Shown here: piece after piece, positions 25,601-38,290 of the stretch | Position numbering within the stretch: the first letter of the stretch is position 1 | Layout: each line of letters starts with the position of its first letter | Origin: Ascidiella aspersa | Lineage: Eukaryota | Reading direction: 5' to 3' | Assembly: GCA_963924565.1 (NCBI GenBank) | Contig: OZ004608.1 | Coordinates: forward strand, 10,106,001-10,170,000 | DNA: 64,000 nucleotides | Program-made: the position numbers and the translations under genes | Notes under the pieces: model-generated | Told to the model about the DNA's origin: nothing | What the model saw: only the letters and a program-made list of their open reading frames with translations | Databases searched by the model: none

Positions 25601-25812
25601 CCTTCTTACACTATCAATTGTTAACCTCGCTTATTTTATCCTTTCTTTTTTTTTCTTTCAGGCACTTTGTGAACAGTGTGCGTCAGGCCTGGAGCGAGGT
25701 CGGTCTGCCCACCGAGGCCGGCCACAAGATGGAGCAGTGTGAGTTCTGCCGCAAGCCGGTTCAGTTCGAGCTGCTCTCTTCTCGAGTTCGACTCGCGGCT
25801 GCCTCGCAGTGA
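10538..25812 (+). CDS. ALAS: 5-aminolevulinate synthase, mitochondrial (623 aa, 12 coding exons)
   Basis: Spliced frame 1872 nt incl. stop. Motifs: [11 protein letters not shown] presequence, [75 protein letters not shown](PLP)[28 protein letters not shown]. Confidence 0.98.
11163..11221 (+). CDS. ALAS: ALAS small exon ([19 protein letters not shown])
   Basis: ttcttccag| and G|gtgagt; needed to bridge phase 2 to phase 1. Confidence 0.8.
13236..13524. repeat. Two-copy diverged tandem duplication (offset about 150-175 bp)
   Basis: TCAACCTTGTTGACAAAAGGAAAGC at 13274 and 13448; CGTGCTATTGTGC at 13236 and 13385. Confidence 0.85.
14243..14464 (+). CDS. ALAS: ALAS exon with HRM3 (VCPFL) and DVQED
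   Basis: actgcag|CC, G|gttagt, phase 1-1. Confidence 0.9.
14823..14936 (+). CDS. ALAS: ALAS linker exon (114 nt, phase 1-1)
   Basis: atttccag|AC, G|gtgagt; open frame. Confidence 0.85.
15241..15320 (+). CDS. ALAS: ALAS exon (SFDYDQF...DHTYRVFKK)
   Basis: Start of catalytic core; GT-AG. Confidence 0.96.
15418..16175. repeat. About 4-copy tandem repeat, 190-199 bp unit, in an ALAS intron
   Basis: Units start (AAGGTACCTTTTGG-like) at 15418, 15617, 15810, 16000; shared TCGCAGAACATTCGAGAAATAACGT-like and TTGCAAGCAAT-like blocks. Confidence 0.9.
16551..16690 (+). CDS. ALAS: ALAS exon (VNRRA...[14 protein letters not shown])
   Basis: Conserved motif; GT-AG. Confidence 0.96.
17172..17356 (+). CDS. 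ALAS: ALAS exon ([12 protein letters not shown]...LAKMLP)
   Basis: Glycine loop; GT-AG. Confidence 0.97.
19505..19812. repeat. Two-copy tandem duplication, about 189 bp offset
   Basis: TAATCTGACAC...TTGACGGGTAATGTTAA...CTGTTTCTGTTGTT repeated. Confidence 0.85.
21284..21463 (+). CDS. ALAS: ALAS exon ([18 protein letters not shown]...VHSMD)
   Basis: Conserved motifs; GT-AG. Confidence 0.97.
21996..22160 (+). CDS. ALAS: ALAS exon (AVCPL...[12 protein letters not shown]...SGTL)
   Basis: Conserved motifs; GT-AG. Confidence 0.97.
23891..24252. mobile_element. MITE with TAGAGAT...ATCTCTA termini (hAT-like) in an ALAS intron
   Basis: TIR TAGAGATAGACCGAT / ATCGGTCGATCTCTA; internal CCGATA/TATCGG repeats; TSD degenerate. 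Related TAGGGATG-type relics near 46402-46810, 61340-61426 and 33330-33376. Confidence 0.75.
24329..24597 (+). CDS. ALAS: ALAS exon (KAFG PLP lysine...CPSHIIPIK)
   Basis: Conserved motifs; GT-AG. Confidence 0.97.
25248..25399 (+). CDS. ALAS: ALAS exon (VGDP...[14 protein letters not shown])
   Basis: Conserved active-site loop; GT-AG. Confidence 0.96.
25662..25812 (+). CDS. ALAS: ALAS terminal coding exon (HFVNS...[14 protein letters not shown]...SQ*)
   Basis: Long pyrimidine tract acceptor; CXXC; TGA at 25810-25812. Confidence 0.94.
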
Positions 25813-26865
25813 CCGTCGCGCCCTTTGCCTGTATACAAACCCAACCCAGATCTGTTTTGAAACCTGTTAGTGTATAATTAATTAATCCCCCCTCATCCAA
25901 TATATGTTCCCCGCTCTTGTGTTTGTATATTTTTCGCTGTCATGTTTAACTATCTGTTTTTGCCTCGGAAACTTTTTAAATTAATCAGTGGTATTTAGAA
26001 GTTTTAAAATAATTTCTATGGCGGATCACTTGCAACAGTTAAGTGTTTTATTACCACATACCGAAGGGAACCCCAGTTTTAAAATTGTCCTAGACACGCT
26101 TGTACCGCCTGCAGTTTGAAAACATCACTTTTGCGGTACTTTTAAACCGGTCTTGTCCTGGTTTCGCGACCGGTCTAGTTAAGGTAGCCATCGAGGCAAT
26201 AAGGCCTTTTCTGTTCGACTAACATATCCTTTTCGTGTAAAGCTTTTATTAACGGCCGTTGAGGTGTTGTATAATGTATACTGCTCGCTTGGAACCTAAT
26301 CCCTTGCGCAATTATTACCGAAGACGCCATTTACGCGGTATAGTACACAGATTTTAAAGAGATTCGTACAGACCCTTTCTCGCGCATTGCCAGAACACCA
26401 CAGTTACTTTTTCGTCCGACAAAAAATATTTTTTCGTAAATTTGATCGAAAAACAAAGATTTTTATAACCCCCCTTTTTCGATGTTTAGATATGCAACCA
26501 CAAAGATTTTACGTTTGTTCCTGCAATGTGTGTACTTCTGCACTTTTGGGGCGTTTAAATTAAAATTTCTGGCAATCTTAAGGCGTGTTGTGTGGTTTCC
26601 GAATTCGACTTGATCAGGCAGCACTTGTGCGTTGCGATATATTGAATATTCAAAGAGCTATTTACTTAAATTGTTTTAGCTATTGACAACTATTGTTTAA
26701 CTTAATTTTTTTGTAAACATTTGCAAATATTGAGTAATATACGCGACAGAAACCCACAGAAGTCGAAAACCTGCGAATGGAGTCTAGACGTTTACAAAGA
26801 AAAACTGCTTACGTAAAGTTGCATGTAGTAGCAACTTTCAAGGTAGCTATTTGGCTCTCTGTAAG

Positions 26866-27300
26866 GCAGACTTGGACAACTAGTCAATTCTAGTTTTCTA
26901 ATTCAATGAATTAGAGCAAAATGTGGCTAATTCTAATCTAATTCGTGAATTGCTTGTGTGCTATAATTCTAGTTCTAATTTAATTCAGATTTTATCAAAA
27001 ATGCTACTTTGTCCAACGGCATTGTTAGTCTCTTAGTCAAAACAAAGAACTTGAATTCAAACTCTTTGGTTGGAACAGAATTTTCACAGTCTAAAAAGCA
27101 TATGCTATGTTAAAAGGCTTAAAAATTAGCACACATATAATTATCATTCACATTCTTATTAAAATACTTCTCGATTTGAATGTTATTGTTTGTGAATAAT
27201 CAAATGTAATTCTAGTTCAATTTCCTTTTGTTACGAATTCGGTAATTCTAATTCTAATCTAATTTGGAAAAACTTGAATGCTCTAATTTCTGAATTTTAT
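26866..27300. mobile_element. MITE family copy 1 (AATTCTA-rich)
   Basis: Left TIR GCAGACTTGGACAACT 26866-26881; about 210 bp homologous to 38317-38533. Confidence 0.75.
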
Positions 27301-29655
27301 AGTGTAAAAACATGAATCGCTGAACTGCAGATATCAAAATAGTTAAAACAAAGTCGGCAAATCTAAATTTTGCACCCTAAAAAAAATTGTTTTGAAAAGA
27401 AATATAAGTGTGGTATATTGATATTGACATGTTTGCTAAAAAGGATACGAATTAAATTAATCAGTGGTTAAAGTATCAATTAATTTTACCAGAGCGCCAT
27501 TTCGGCTTACTTTCACCACTAGAATAATAAAAGTTGGAGCAATTCTGCTTTCGAAAAATAGTCGTCGATAGGTGACGCAAAAGAGTAAATGCTTCTTGTT
27601 GCTTTCTAAGTTAGTAAACATGGATCTTGTTTGCGTCAGGGATCTGCTATCACAACTCGAGATAACAAGCCGCAACTAAATGAACAACATGAACATATTT
27701 AATCGTTTAATAACGAAACGTGGTCCGTAGGCATTACGCCAAAAAAGTCAATAAATCGCAAACAAATATTTGCTCAACTGTCCGGTGCTTCAGTGCTTTA
27801 TTGACGCCACAATAGGCTTTGTGATCGAAAAATGCTTCAATGGGATAGAAAGACACGTGCGTTACCTCAAGATGTAAACTTTCAAGTTAAGTTTTAGCCC
27901 AAAGTTTACTGCGAACAACGTTAAAATACAAGATGAGAGTGATAGATATAGTTCAAGCGGCGTGTTAGTTCAGATGTAGCATGCCGGACTGACTTTAGTG
28001 TCGAACAGTGCACCACTTTTCCTATTAAAAAAACAGACTGAGACTTGAACGATCCAGTCTGCATTTTATTTTGCTCTGGGTACACGGCTTTAAATTTTAA
28101 CATGTTCAGGTGTGCAATATTTTGAAGTTTAGAATCTTATCACAATTTATCCTGAAATTGGGGTTTCCCTTTTTAATAATTTGAGTGTACACCCCAATAG
28201 TTTTAAAACAATCTCTTGTGTGCATCTGCTACAGAATGCAGATTTGTTAAGGGTTAGATTGAGCCCCTTGGATCAACCTATGACCCATGCAGATGATTTA
28301 ATATTTGTTTATAACGTTCTTAAAGATTACTCTTTAAAACATATTGGGTTAGTTTGTTTTGGCCAGTTGTGTTGAAAAAGTGCTTTGTTTTTGACAATTT
28401 AGTCAGAATCTTTACTTTGTTGAACGCGATGCCCAAACGTAAACATTTTACAGCTAGACTACTGCCAAGTGCCTATGTTCTTTAAACTTCATAAAGTTGC
28501 AGGAGTTCATGCTGTAAAACAGTTACACAGAAGTTGTGAAAGTGTAGCAAATGCTTGGGCTTATGATGTCATTTTTTTAGTCTCGCCTCGTTATCATGTT
28601 TAATTTTGCCGCAATACGGCGCTGTGGAGTCGTCAGTTTCGGGGGTGAATCCCCTATTTCTATTGGCTGGAAACCTTTTTCTCCTAGCGGTCCGAACCAC
28701 AGTTTTGCGACATGCTTGACGTTTGCGAAAACGGCCGTAGACAGGCGCAGGCAGCCAGTAGTAGGCGTGTGTAACACAATAGCCTCGCCCTAATGTTTCG
28801 ACTTTAGAGCGTCTCGCAATCCGATAGCAGGTACATGTAAACAGCAAGCCCGGTCGCTATCAAACGATTAAGGGCCGTTGTCACATCCAGGTAGGCAGGC
28901 TGCCGGAGACAGGGCCAGATCTGGTATTGACTCTGAGGCGCAGCCGAGATAAGAAATGTGCTGTACGTTAATCGCGCCTTTATGGATTTAGCCTACATTG
29001 TCGTCCGCTTATCTTGTGACGTCACACTATAGACGAGCGCGATGTTTTATGGATTACAATGCGTTGCTTTTTAGTGGCGCCCGCAGAAATGTTGGGAGAG
29101 GATTACTGATTTTTATTGTCCGTCAAAGTGCCAGTTTATAAGTGGACAGCTCCTAAATAAAATTACTGTATAGGATGAGTTTGCAATCGCACTTGAAATG
29201 AATTGTGCATATTCAAACACAGCGGTGTGCCTCTAATATCGATCTGAAAGTTACTAAACGCAGCAATAAAAACGTTGTTTGGCAGTTTCGATCGGTGCTA
29301 GGCGTGTCAAAACCTCGCGACCGGCAATTCATATACGCGCATGCGGCTATATGACCGAATTGAAGTCCGGATAATTGGTTTGGGACGGCTCTGGCCCCGT
29401 AGCCATCGCAGGCTGCAACGATATAAGGCCGTAACTTCGGCCTGGCATTTCTAATGGCGCAATCAATAGCAGGGGATCGACTGACAAGCCTTGCACCGCG
29501 CGGCACGTCTTTAAACTTCGCCGTCGCTGCCCGGTTGATTGAAATTAGCCCGACACTTTTCGCTTAAGGGTGGTTGCAAGTCGGCCACAGCCAGGCTGGC
29601 ATTGGATGACTCGCTACAACGGAGACAGGTGACCGAAAGCCGAAGATTTTTACTC

Positions 29656-30057
29656 AATCGGTTTAGGATTGCATTTAAATTCTGTTTGCTAGGGATGTGT
29701 GATCGAAAAGTGACGACTTTACCACAATCGGTTTAGGATTTCATAAAAATTCTGTTGGTCACGGATAGGTGTGTAAAAGCCACCAAATTGGCCTCAATGA
29801 GTTTAGAATTGTAAGTAAATTCTGTTAACCAGGGATAGGTGGTCAAAAGGTGAAGATTAAGCCCGATATTGGTTTAGGATTGCATGAAAATTCTGTTGGT
29901 TAGGGGTAGATGTTAAAAAGCCATCAAATTGGCTCTAATGAGTTTAGAATTGTGAGTAAATTATGTTGGCAAGAGATTGGTTTAGTATTGCATGGGAATT
30001 CTGACGGCTAGGGATAGGTGATCAAATTTCGACTACCAGGCCACAAACGGGTTTAGG
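29656..30057. repeat. 70-bp minisatellite with partial dimeric higher-order structure
   Basis: Units at 29656, 29726, 29796, 29867, 29937, 29975 (after a truncated unit), 30046; core GGTTTAGGATTGCATxxAAATTCTGTT; solo unit near 31115. Confidence 0.9.
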
Positions 30058-33000
30058 GGGTTGTTCGTAAATTCAAGTAGTTTTCTTTAGTAAGCGGGCG
30101 GCACTTCGTACAGAACGACGCAGCGCGTATGCCGTATGTAGTCGAATAATCCTGTGGATTGCCGACGCCATTAGTGCGTGCTGTGTGTGGAATGCAGGGC
30201 ACAACACGCTGTGAAGTGTTGTAGCCGCAACCACGGCGGCTGCGCGGCGCTAATGGCCACTTAAACGACAGTCGCCGTCTTCTAGCGAAAACGATGCCCA
30301 CTCATTTAAAATGTAGCGTTTAGGCTGCGTCAAGTGTCCCGCACGTAAACACATTCTGATTTGGGCGTACGACTCTTCGCAAGCCGCTTCGGAATACGTT
30401 ATTCCACCGTTATACGATCATTGTTTCTATCGTGTTTTTTATTGTGTAGTTAATTTGCCAGACAATTTTCCATCTAGTTTATTTGCCAACCAATTTTTTT
30501 TTTCAGTTAATTTTCTAACCATTTTTCCACTAAACTTTCGAGCCATTTTAGAATCTTAGCAGGGTGCGTAATTAGCAGAAGACAGCCTTTAAAGTGGTTA
30601 CGTAACCTGATATTGTTTGAAGATTTGATTCACTTGTTGCTATATGTGAATGTCGCTAGCCTTGCCTCCAAGTGCCGATCATGGTTGAAGTGGCCGTGTT
30701 TTCTTTGGCAAATATGTGCTCCATCGTTAATGAGCCGTGTATGTCGTTTAAGTACTTTTCAAATTGTTGGAAGTAGGCGCCCCTACTTGCGGCACCACCC
30801 TTCAAACTTTATCATGTCGAAATAATATTTATATCCATATGCAAAATATAGAGATTTTTGTCGTGTCACGTAACAGCTTGGTTTAGTGACACTTTCAAAC
30901 CTTTTTTTTGGTTTGAAAAAATCGGTTGTAAATAAGGCCCTTAGTCTATTAAGAGCGAAATATTGGATCGTAGCATGATTGTCGCAATAACTGTTCATGA
31001 AGGTAATCGAATAGCATTCCATTAGAAAGCCGCTAACTTCAACAGTACCGTAGACTTAAAAAAGTTATACGTCGTTTCGTATATCGGTAATCTAAAACCA
31101 ACTACTTGGCCTTCAATTGGTTTGAGATTGCATGTAAATTCTATTGGTCAGAAATAGGTTTTTAAAAAGCGCTGACTTAAACAGATTTAACTTCCAAGCT
31201 AAAGTCGTTGCATCTGTCCCCTTCTGGCATAACAACTGCCACGGACGTGCAAGCTGCAAGGGTATTGGCCGAAATAAGCTTTCAAACTCGGCCGAGCTGA
31301 TCAACAGCCACGTCACTCTGTTTTTCGGTGCTCGGCTGTTCGCAGTAATTGCTGCTTCTCCAATTGACCCAGCTCCGAAGCGCGTGCGACGTAGTAAATC
31401 ATCTCAAGGTGAAGTGTGTTAGGAGAGGACAGGCTGTCTTAACCCATCATTACCCTTCTCGTACAGTGTGTTTGTGTCCTGCGGTTAAACACATTAACGA
31501 CGGCAACTAGTTTTCTTTTTTCGTGAAACACGACAACGAGTTGCTCTCTGTTCGCGTGCCAAGTTTTTGCCATCGTTTTGAGAATATCTGAGTTGTTTTT
31601 GCGCTGTGCGACGATGTTCACCTAAATATAGACCTTCATGTTTTAGGATTGGGGCCTGCGTTGTTCACCTGTTGGAGTTTGGTTAAAGCGGAGCAATAAT
31701 GTTAAATACCTAATTTGATTATATTATAATCGTATGCGCGTCACGCAAGTGTGTTATATATAGCGATATTACACATGGATGCATCACGATGCTATAGTTC
31801 TTTATATCCCACCTTGTTACCGACGTACAGGCCCCATCTTGCAGTCATAGACTTGATCAAGCATCATGCTCTGCGTTTGAGTAATCTTTAGGCTGTAGCC
31901 CATCAGTACTTTTCGTTATCTCAGTTTGGCTTCGAACCAGGGGCACTAAGATAGCTTATACCTGGCTTAACTGCTACAATTGGTTTAAATTTAATGGACC
32001 GATAGATGGGACAGCTGTTTTCAACGTATTATATATGTTTGATTCAATTTTCATGCTACTTTGTTTACATTTTTGACATGCGCATTTATGCTCTTTTTTA
32101 AAGTGGCCGCGGGCTTAGGAAAACATTTGGAAAAGCAATAACCAATCACGCCAAACCCCCCATAATTGTGAGCCCATAGAAACGAAATTAATCAAAAACG
32201 CAGAAGGCGACGTTCCGGAACGTGTATTGTGTGACATGACGCCATTTCGAAACAGGAATGAAAAAGCTCCGGTCTGACCTGTGTCATTAGGTTAGGTTCG
32301 CCGCGATTTCACTTGTGTGATTGTTGAGTTTGCTTGCATGGTCTTGACGCTTTATTGACGCAGTGATTTCTATGGCACCAAAAAGTAAAACTATAGGCGC
32401 TCGTGCCTATCCTGAGATCGCAAGCCCTAAGATAAAGAGATTTGTCGCAATAAAACATGCTTAATCGTTTAGTTACAGAATCACGAACTCCCAGTTACAG
32501 AATTCCGAAAATTTAACAAATTGCACCACGGAGTGACATCCCATGTTGCTTGAATTCATTCTATGCAAGTTATCTTTATCTTGGGCTACTTTATCGACCC
32601 AAACTTGACTTTCGCTTTGCGATTTCTCTTAAGTTATAATTAGATAGGAAAAGGGGTGAAAAACACCCGCCTCCTAATGTATTTTTCAATCAACAATGTA
32701 ACGTGGCCAGACGGTGTTCCGGTTACAAAAAAAACCTTACCTTTCGCATATTTTTCTCTGTAGGTGCTTTGTGAGTGGCGGACGCTCTCGGGGGGCGATA
32801 GCAGCTAACAATGACAATAAAATAATCGCGACGAACAATCAACAGCATGGGGGGGGGGGGGAGATACGCGACGCGCTTGATAGCGGCATGAATTATTGAC
32901 GAGGCGAAATTACGCTAACTACCCCGGGCACGGCGCCGGCACGGTTCCAGGCGCCAGTTTATTCGGCATTGACCGCTCCGGATTTAAAAACTCTCCAACG

Positions 33001-33391
33001 CCTTGGCTCTGTAGATTCTGGATAACACAACGATATGTTCGTTTAAGATACCCCAAACTAAATTTATATGCCGATTTCAGCCAAGGTTTGCGGTTCAGCA
33101 TACCGAGTTTTACCTAGAACTGAATTTTCTACAATTTTGTGTAAATTTCGTAGAAAATGATGATTCAATATTCCAAAGTAAATAAGGTTTTTTTAACGCC
33201 AAAGCAAACCGTGGCTTAACAACCTGCAAAAATATGCCGATTTTCACGTTCTGATTTTATCTATTTGGTTATATCGCCACAGTAGTGACGTAATGAGATC
33301 GGAACGGACTGACGTACACTTCGCCCAAAATATCGGGTAACGCTATCGGAATAAAAAATAAGTATCAGACAACCCTAGAGTAGTTCGAACC

Positions 33392-34289
33392 CAGTGGTTC
33401 CCAACCGGGGAGGAATTTTATGAGTTCAGGGGAGGAATTTCATAAATACAGTAAAAAAAAATTACATTGGACATGTGTTTAGAATATTTTTGTATATACG
33501 TTAGGGATGTCCATTATGTTGGCCACAGATAACTTCCTATCATGTAAAATATAGGCATGTCGATATTTATTTGCCTCATGGGCTAGGCCAGTGTTTTTTC
33601 AACTATTTTTGTTTTCTATTTCACATATCCTTATTAGGAATGAAAACGGGGCAATAACTGACCTATTTAAATTACATTTTTTGGTCTAATCAGTGGTTCT
33701 CACATTGTTCACGATGACACACATGAGCAATCGAAATCAATCAACAGTTTGAGTTTATAAATTCCTCATTGTAGGTTGGCTATCTATGGAGCACCTTTAA
33801 ATTACAAAATTAGCATGTTGCCCTTAAAATAACCTGGTAGATTTAAGCCTATTGTCATACAATTGTAGACGCATTTAGTTTAGACTGTAGGTACAAATTA
33901 GCACATTATATGGTAAATAGTTAGTTATACTTTATAATAAGCACATTATATGGTAAATAGTTAGTTATACTTTATAAAACTAAACTGCAATATAACCAAG
34001 ATGAACACCGTCCATTGTAATTTAGAGTCGGTTCACATTTGGAACAGATTAAGAGCAAACCAAATATAAACTTGGTGTTAGAGGATGACTTGCGTTGCCG
34101 CGTATACAACTACTTTCAGGGCGCAAACAAGAGCAAATTTCCCATTGAGTTGTAATGTGAAATAAATTGATATTTCAAATTGCCACAATTTTTTGCGTTA
34201 TATTTGTTTTTCGTCTTATGGGGAGGAACGAATAGTTCAAAAATGAGCAAAAAAGGGAGGAATGTAGCAAAAAAGGTTGGGAACCACTG
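33392..34289 (+). mobile_element. Non-autonomous hAT (Charlie/Buster) element with transposase 3' relic
   Basis: 15-bp perfect TIR CAGTGGTTCCCAACC/GGTTGGGAACCACTG; TSD TTCGAACC/TTCTAACC; frameshifted relic about 34025-34148 (QIKSK...EDDLRC...KQEQISH*); internal 40-bp tandem duplication 33900-33977. Confidence 0.88.
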
Positions 34290-36916
34290 TTCTAACCTAT
34301 TCGTATATGTTTAATATAGTGAACAGTGTTTTTTTGAAAGTTTGTCGGTTGTCTATTGAAACATTCAATTGGCCGAAAATCAATTCTAAATTGCTAGCCC
34401 TTTGTCTGACAAAATGCCCCATTGTCTAAAGTGCAATTAGCCTTAAATCAGGTGACATGTTTGCTTAGCATGTATGCTTCATGCAATATGCATGCAAATT
34501 ACACCCGTGACGTATAAACAGAGTGCAGGGGCCGCGGGTTTGTCTGGCCGATCTTCCTAGAACTTTATTTTAGCATATGAGGCTGAACGGGTGTCCTCTA
34601 ATTAGGCCAAACAGTTTCGTGCTTCACCGAGAACATCATAGACCCCTTGTGGTACGTGAAAGTGGGCACATGAAGACTTAATTGAAATATTAGTATATAA
34701 TTTAAAAAAATGGAATCCAGTTTTCATTAGAAACTAATTTAATGGAAAAATGCTTTGGCGCCTTTTTCTTAAATTAATTTGGACCTAATTTCATTATTAC
34801 ATTTGATGAAATGAAAACACAAGATTTCTTCAGTCTACTTGTTTAATGACTTGAGATGTCATGTATAAAAATGTCATGCCGACTCTGGTCTACGCGAACT
34901 AAAAATAATTTTTGGACGGTCCGCGTTAAAAAAAAGAACCTCTGGTCAGCGGCGGCAATCCCATCAGCCATCATGTGTTATTGCTTTGCCTATAGTGAAA
35001 CGTCAGCCTAACGACGTATTCGATAATCGCTGCAACTAGCGCAGTGTCGACGAGGCGTGGCGAAGTCGGTAGTCGCATTACCACCAGCAGCATCAGTAGC
35101 ACTTCAAGTCCAACCGACCGTCAAGCGATTGCCGCTGAGAGTTGACAGACAGGCAGTTATCTGTACGATTTAACCGGCTGAGCGTTGCCGGTTCAGCGTT
35201 CCTCGTGACCTGGCCGAGTCCTGACAGATACTGCTGTGTAGTTGTCATAAACACTTGAACAGATGAATGGCGACCCGGGGCGCCTAGGAAAGTGCTGATT
35301 CCATTCAGCGCGTTAGGGCTAAACGACTGGATCGCTTGTATCAAAGTGTCCGGTTTCCAGATTAAACGTGGGTGGCTCGCTCGTTTTAATGGGATTTTAT
35401 TGCCGATGGGCTTTGCCGACGAGCAGCCAACGCAAATTAAAAGTGCATGGAGGCGTCGGTGCTTGAAGCCGTTTTTCACAAAATTGCCTAAATCGCCTAT
35501 TAAAATTGTATTACAAACGACCGAGCAGCACGCCCGGTAGTTTCCGACCGTGAAATTTCCGCGCACAAAACGTAAATCACTTGCGGAGTCACAAGACCGT
35601 GAGATGATGTTTAAATAATTTTGGGCCTGCCTCACGTCCGAAGATTTGCACATGTTAATCGGGAAAATATGATTTTTGGGGTACACTATGCACGGATCTG
35701 TAATGTAGCTCTACAGGACCTTTTTGGCTTTGCCATTCATTATCAAGCTATAAAATTCTTTTTTTGGGAAAACTTTTGACTTGAGAAAAGATAAATATAT
35801 TACGACATCGCACTAGCGTTTCGATCCAGCGGTTGTGTTATGATATTAAGGAAACTAAAGTATATTTTTTTATAGTTTAATCGTACACACAAAATTGTAT
35901 CAATAGGTGTATGAAAAATTTAAAAAAAGTAAAAATTGAAATGCAACAGAATCTAAAGTATATTTTGGCACCCCTTCACTTCAGAATTTGCACCAGTGTG
36001 CCGTGGTAACCCTTTTGTAAATCACTATTCTAAACCTTTGTCATTCAATCGCAAATAAAAAAGTGAAAGGGAGTTGTAGGGGTTGAGTTACTAGCTTTAC
36101 AAGTTAAGGGTAAGCAAGGTTTCTGCGAACTGAAAAGTTTTTCAGCTCACATATTTTTACCATATTCCATTTCTAAATCTTCACCTGCAATTGCTGCAAA
36201 CCATGCGTCATATCAGGCGGTCAGTCGTCATGGGGGCCACAACCACAGACTGGCATTTCCGTTGGCACCCAAAAAGCGTTTAGACTAAACTTACTAACGC
36301 CACAGTTTAAATGCCAGTTTCGAATTCACACGTCATCGGCAAAATCCAATTTCGATAGGCACGTATAAGAGGCCGGAACCCTTTTTTGCAAATAAGGTTC
36401 TTGGTGCCAGTTTTGTGCCGTTGGCCAGTTTGCCTGTCCAGGTTTTTTTACCGTGCTGATCGTTTTGTCAACAGCACTAGTCGAAAACGGGAGCTGGCCT
36501 CTTTGGAAAGTAACCTCGTAAAACTGTCAAATAAGCCGGCCGCGTGTGGCTACATGTGCCAGCGTGCCTGTAATAACTTGTGTTGGCCTACGACGCTTGC
36601 AACCCAATACAGCTATGTTGTATTTGCTTTATAACTCGCAGGGTTTCGCATGTGGTAGGCGAATAAGGGTCGGAAAACCCAACGTGAAACGCGCCAGCTA
36701 TCAAATTCTTATTCTCATTAATCTTTGTAAGAAGGGTGTTTGATTGAAAACATGCTAAAGCCTTTTTTCAGGGTGTTTACCAAATTGTGACATTCAGGCC
36801 TGTCAGCGTTGCATCAGCGCAATTTGACAGTAACACGTATTCCTCGGTCAGCAGAGTATTTTTTTGTATTTTATGTCTTTGTTTCAAACTCCTTCTTTTC
36901 CCCGTAATGAAAGAAA

Positions 36917-36948
36917 ATATATATATATAGAGAGAGAGAGATATATAT
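36917..36948. repeat. Compound (AT)n(AG)n(AT)n microsatellite
   Basis: Seen directly. Confidence 0.9.
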
Positions 36949-38290
36949 GTACTTAAATACGTTTTTAGTTATACCCGAATTTTGAAGACTCTGCCTTGTT
37001 TTATGTGCTTGCAGCACCTGAACAAATGCAGGTGTCTGAGCTTTAAAACGTTACCCTTTAAAGTAGCTTTCGTCGCCGAATTTCGATTTGCTTTGCTATA
37101 AATCTACATATTACGTGTCAGTGTGTGATCCGTCTAAATGCGTTGTTTCCGTTCGTCTGCCAAGTTCATCACTATATGGTCGCAGTTGGAATGTAGTAAA
37201 GCAGCCTGTGAGTGTCATTTCTAAAAAACAATAAAACCTTACGACGGTACAAGAAAACAAGGAAACTGTCACGTTTTTAGCGCATTGTTTTTGCAAGGCT
37301 CTTGCTTTTTCTGAGCAAAAACATAAAGCGTTCGTTTGATAGCAAATTATGTTGGAGTGGCAAAAAATTGTTCGTTTTTCAAACGTCTTGTTCTGCAATG
37401 TCCAAACTAAACTGTACCCGCCCTTTTTACGTAATTTGACTTTAACGCACCTATGTAGTCGTGACATAACTCCAAGAGCATTTGACAGGAACTGCATTGA
37501 TGTAAACTTGTGTGTATTTGGTTGTAGTGTAGCACCTCAAAAATACAGCAACGTTGTTTACATAAGATTCACGTTAATCGGATTTGGAATGTTTGTTTGT
37601 GTGACTGATGTGTGCGCCGTGTATTCTGACTGACAATCGTGATGTGGGACAACTTGTACACTGAATCGTAGTTGTTCGTACTGTTAAATACTGAAATGAT
37701 TTAATACTGAAAATCATCCTGCACATCTCAGTGACATTGCTGCCTAATTTTTTTTGGCTGTTTTAGGACTGTGTTCGCAATTTGTGCCTCAGCTTTGTAC
37801 TACGGCGACTTTTTCTTTATGAAATGGCGACTTTTCTGTCACTTGGTTTTACGTTATAGTGTTCAACCAGGTTTTCTATGGTTACAAATGCCGAACAGTG
37901 TAATGTTTAAAGAAAGAATATTCTCAGAAATAAAATTGCCCAGTGTTTGCATTTCAGCAACACCACATTTGCATATTTATGCTTTCTGTCAAATACTTAA
38001 GTTACTTCTGTTTCTAGTTAAGTTGTGGAATTATGGATGTTGGCAAATAAAATGACGCAAAAAAGATTTCGAAAAATCTGCAATGCTTTCATGCCTTACT
38101 TGGCATTGTTTGCTATGAAATCCTGCTAAGATAAGTAGGGTGTCAATATATACAATTTTTAACTATGTGTAGATTGGTTGGAAAGAATAGTTTTGTGGTG
38201 ACGTGGTTTATTTGCTCTTAAAGGTTTTATACGGGCTAAAATATGTTTGTTTATTTTTAGGAAATCGTAGTTTTTCCAGTCGTACTTATT

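Noticed and set aside
25810-25870. ALAS stop read-through (TGA-C) or Cys-rich alternative-frame tail (LCLY...ICFETC)
   Set aside because: No SECIS, frameshift signal or recognisable similarity; the normal stop gives a plausible C-terminus
17008-25900. Minus-strand ORFs overlapping ALAS exons (17008-17274, 21260-21523, 24304-24582, 25224-25421, 25658-25900)
   Set aside because: Antisense shadows of GC-rich coding exons
26146-26175. ACCGGTC/GACCGGT hairpin in the ALAS 3' UTR as a second IRE or other element
   Set aside because: Only a 7-bp stem with no CAGUGN loop; chance level
29656-30057. CRISPR-like appearance of periodic repeat
   Set aside because: The 'spacers' are homologous to each other, there are no cas genes, and the context is eukaryotic; it is a minisatellite
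35093-35686. Longest ORF in the track (197 aa, - strand)
   Set aside because: Non-ATG start, no recognisable domain, atypical composition, no good splice sites; likely a chance ORF in a GC-rich patch
37111-37633. ORFs at 37.1-37.6 kb as a hidden small gene
   Set aside because: No homology or coherent exon chain on either strand
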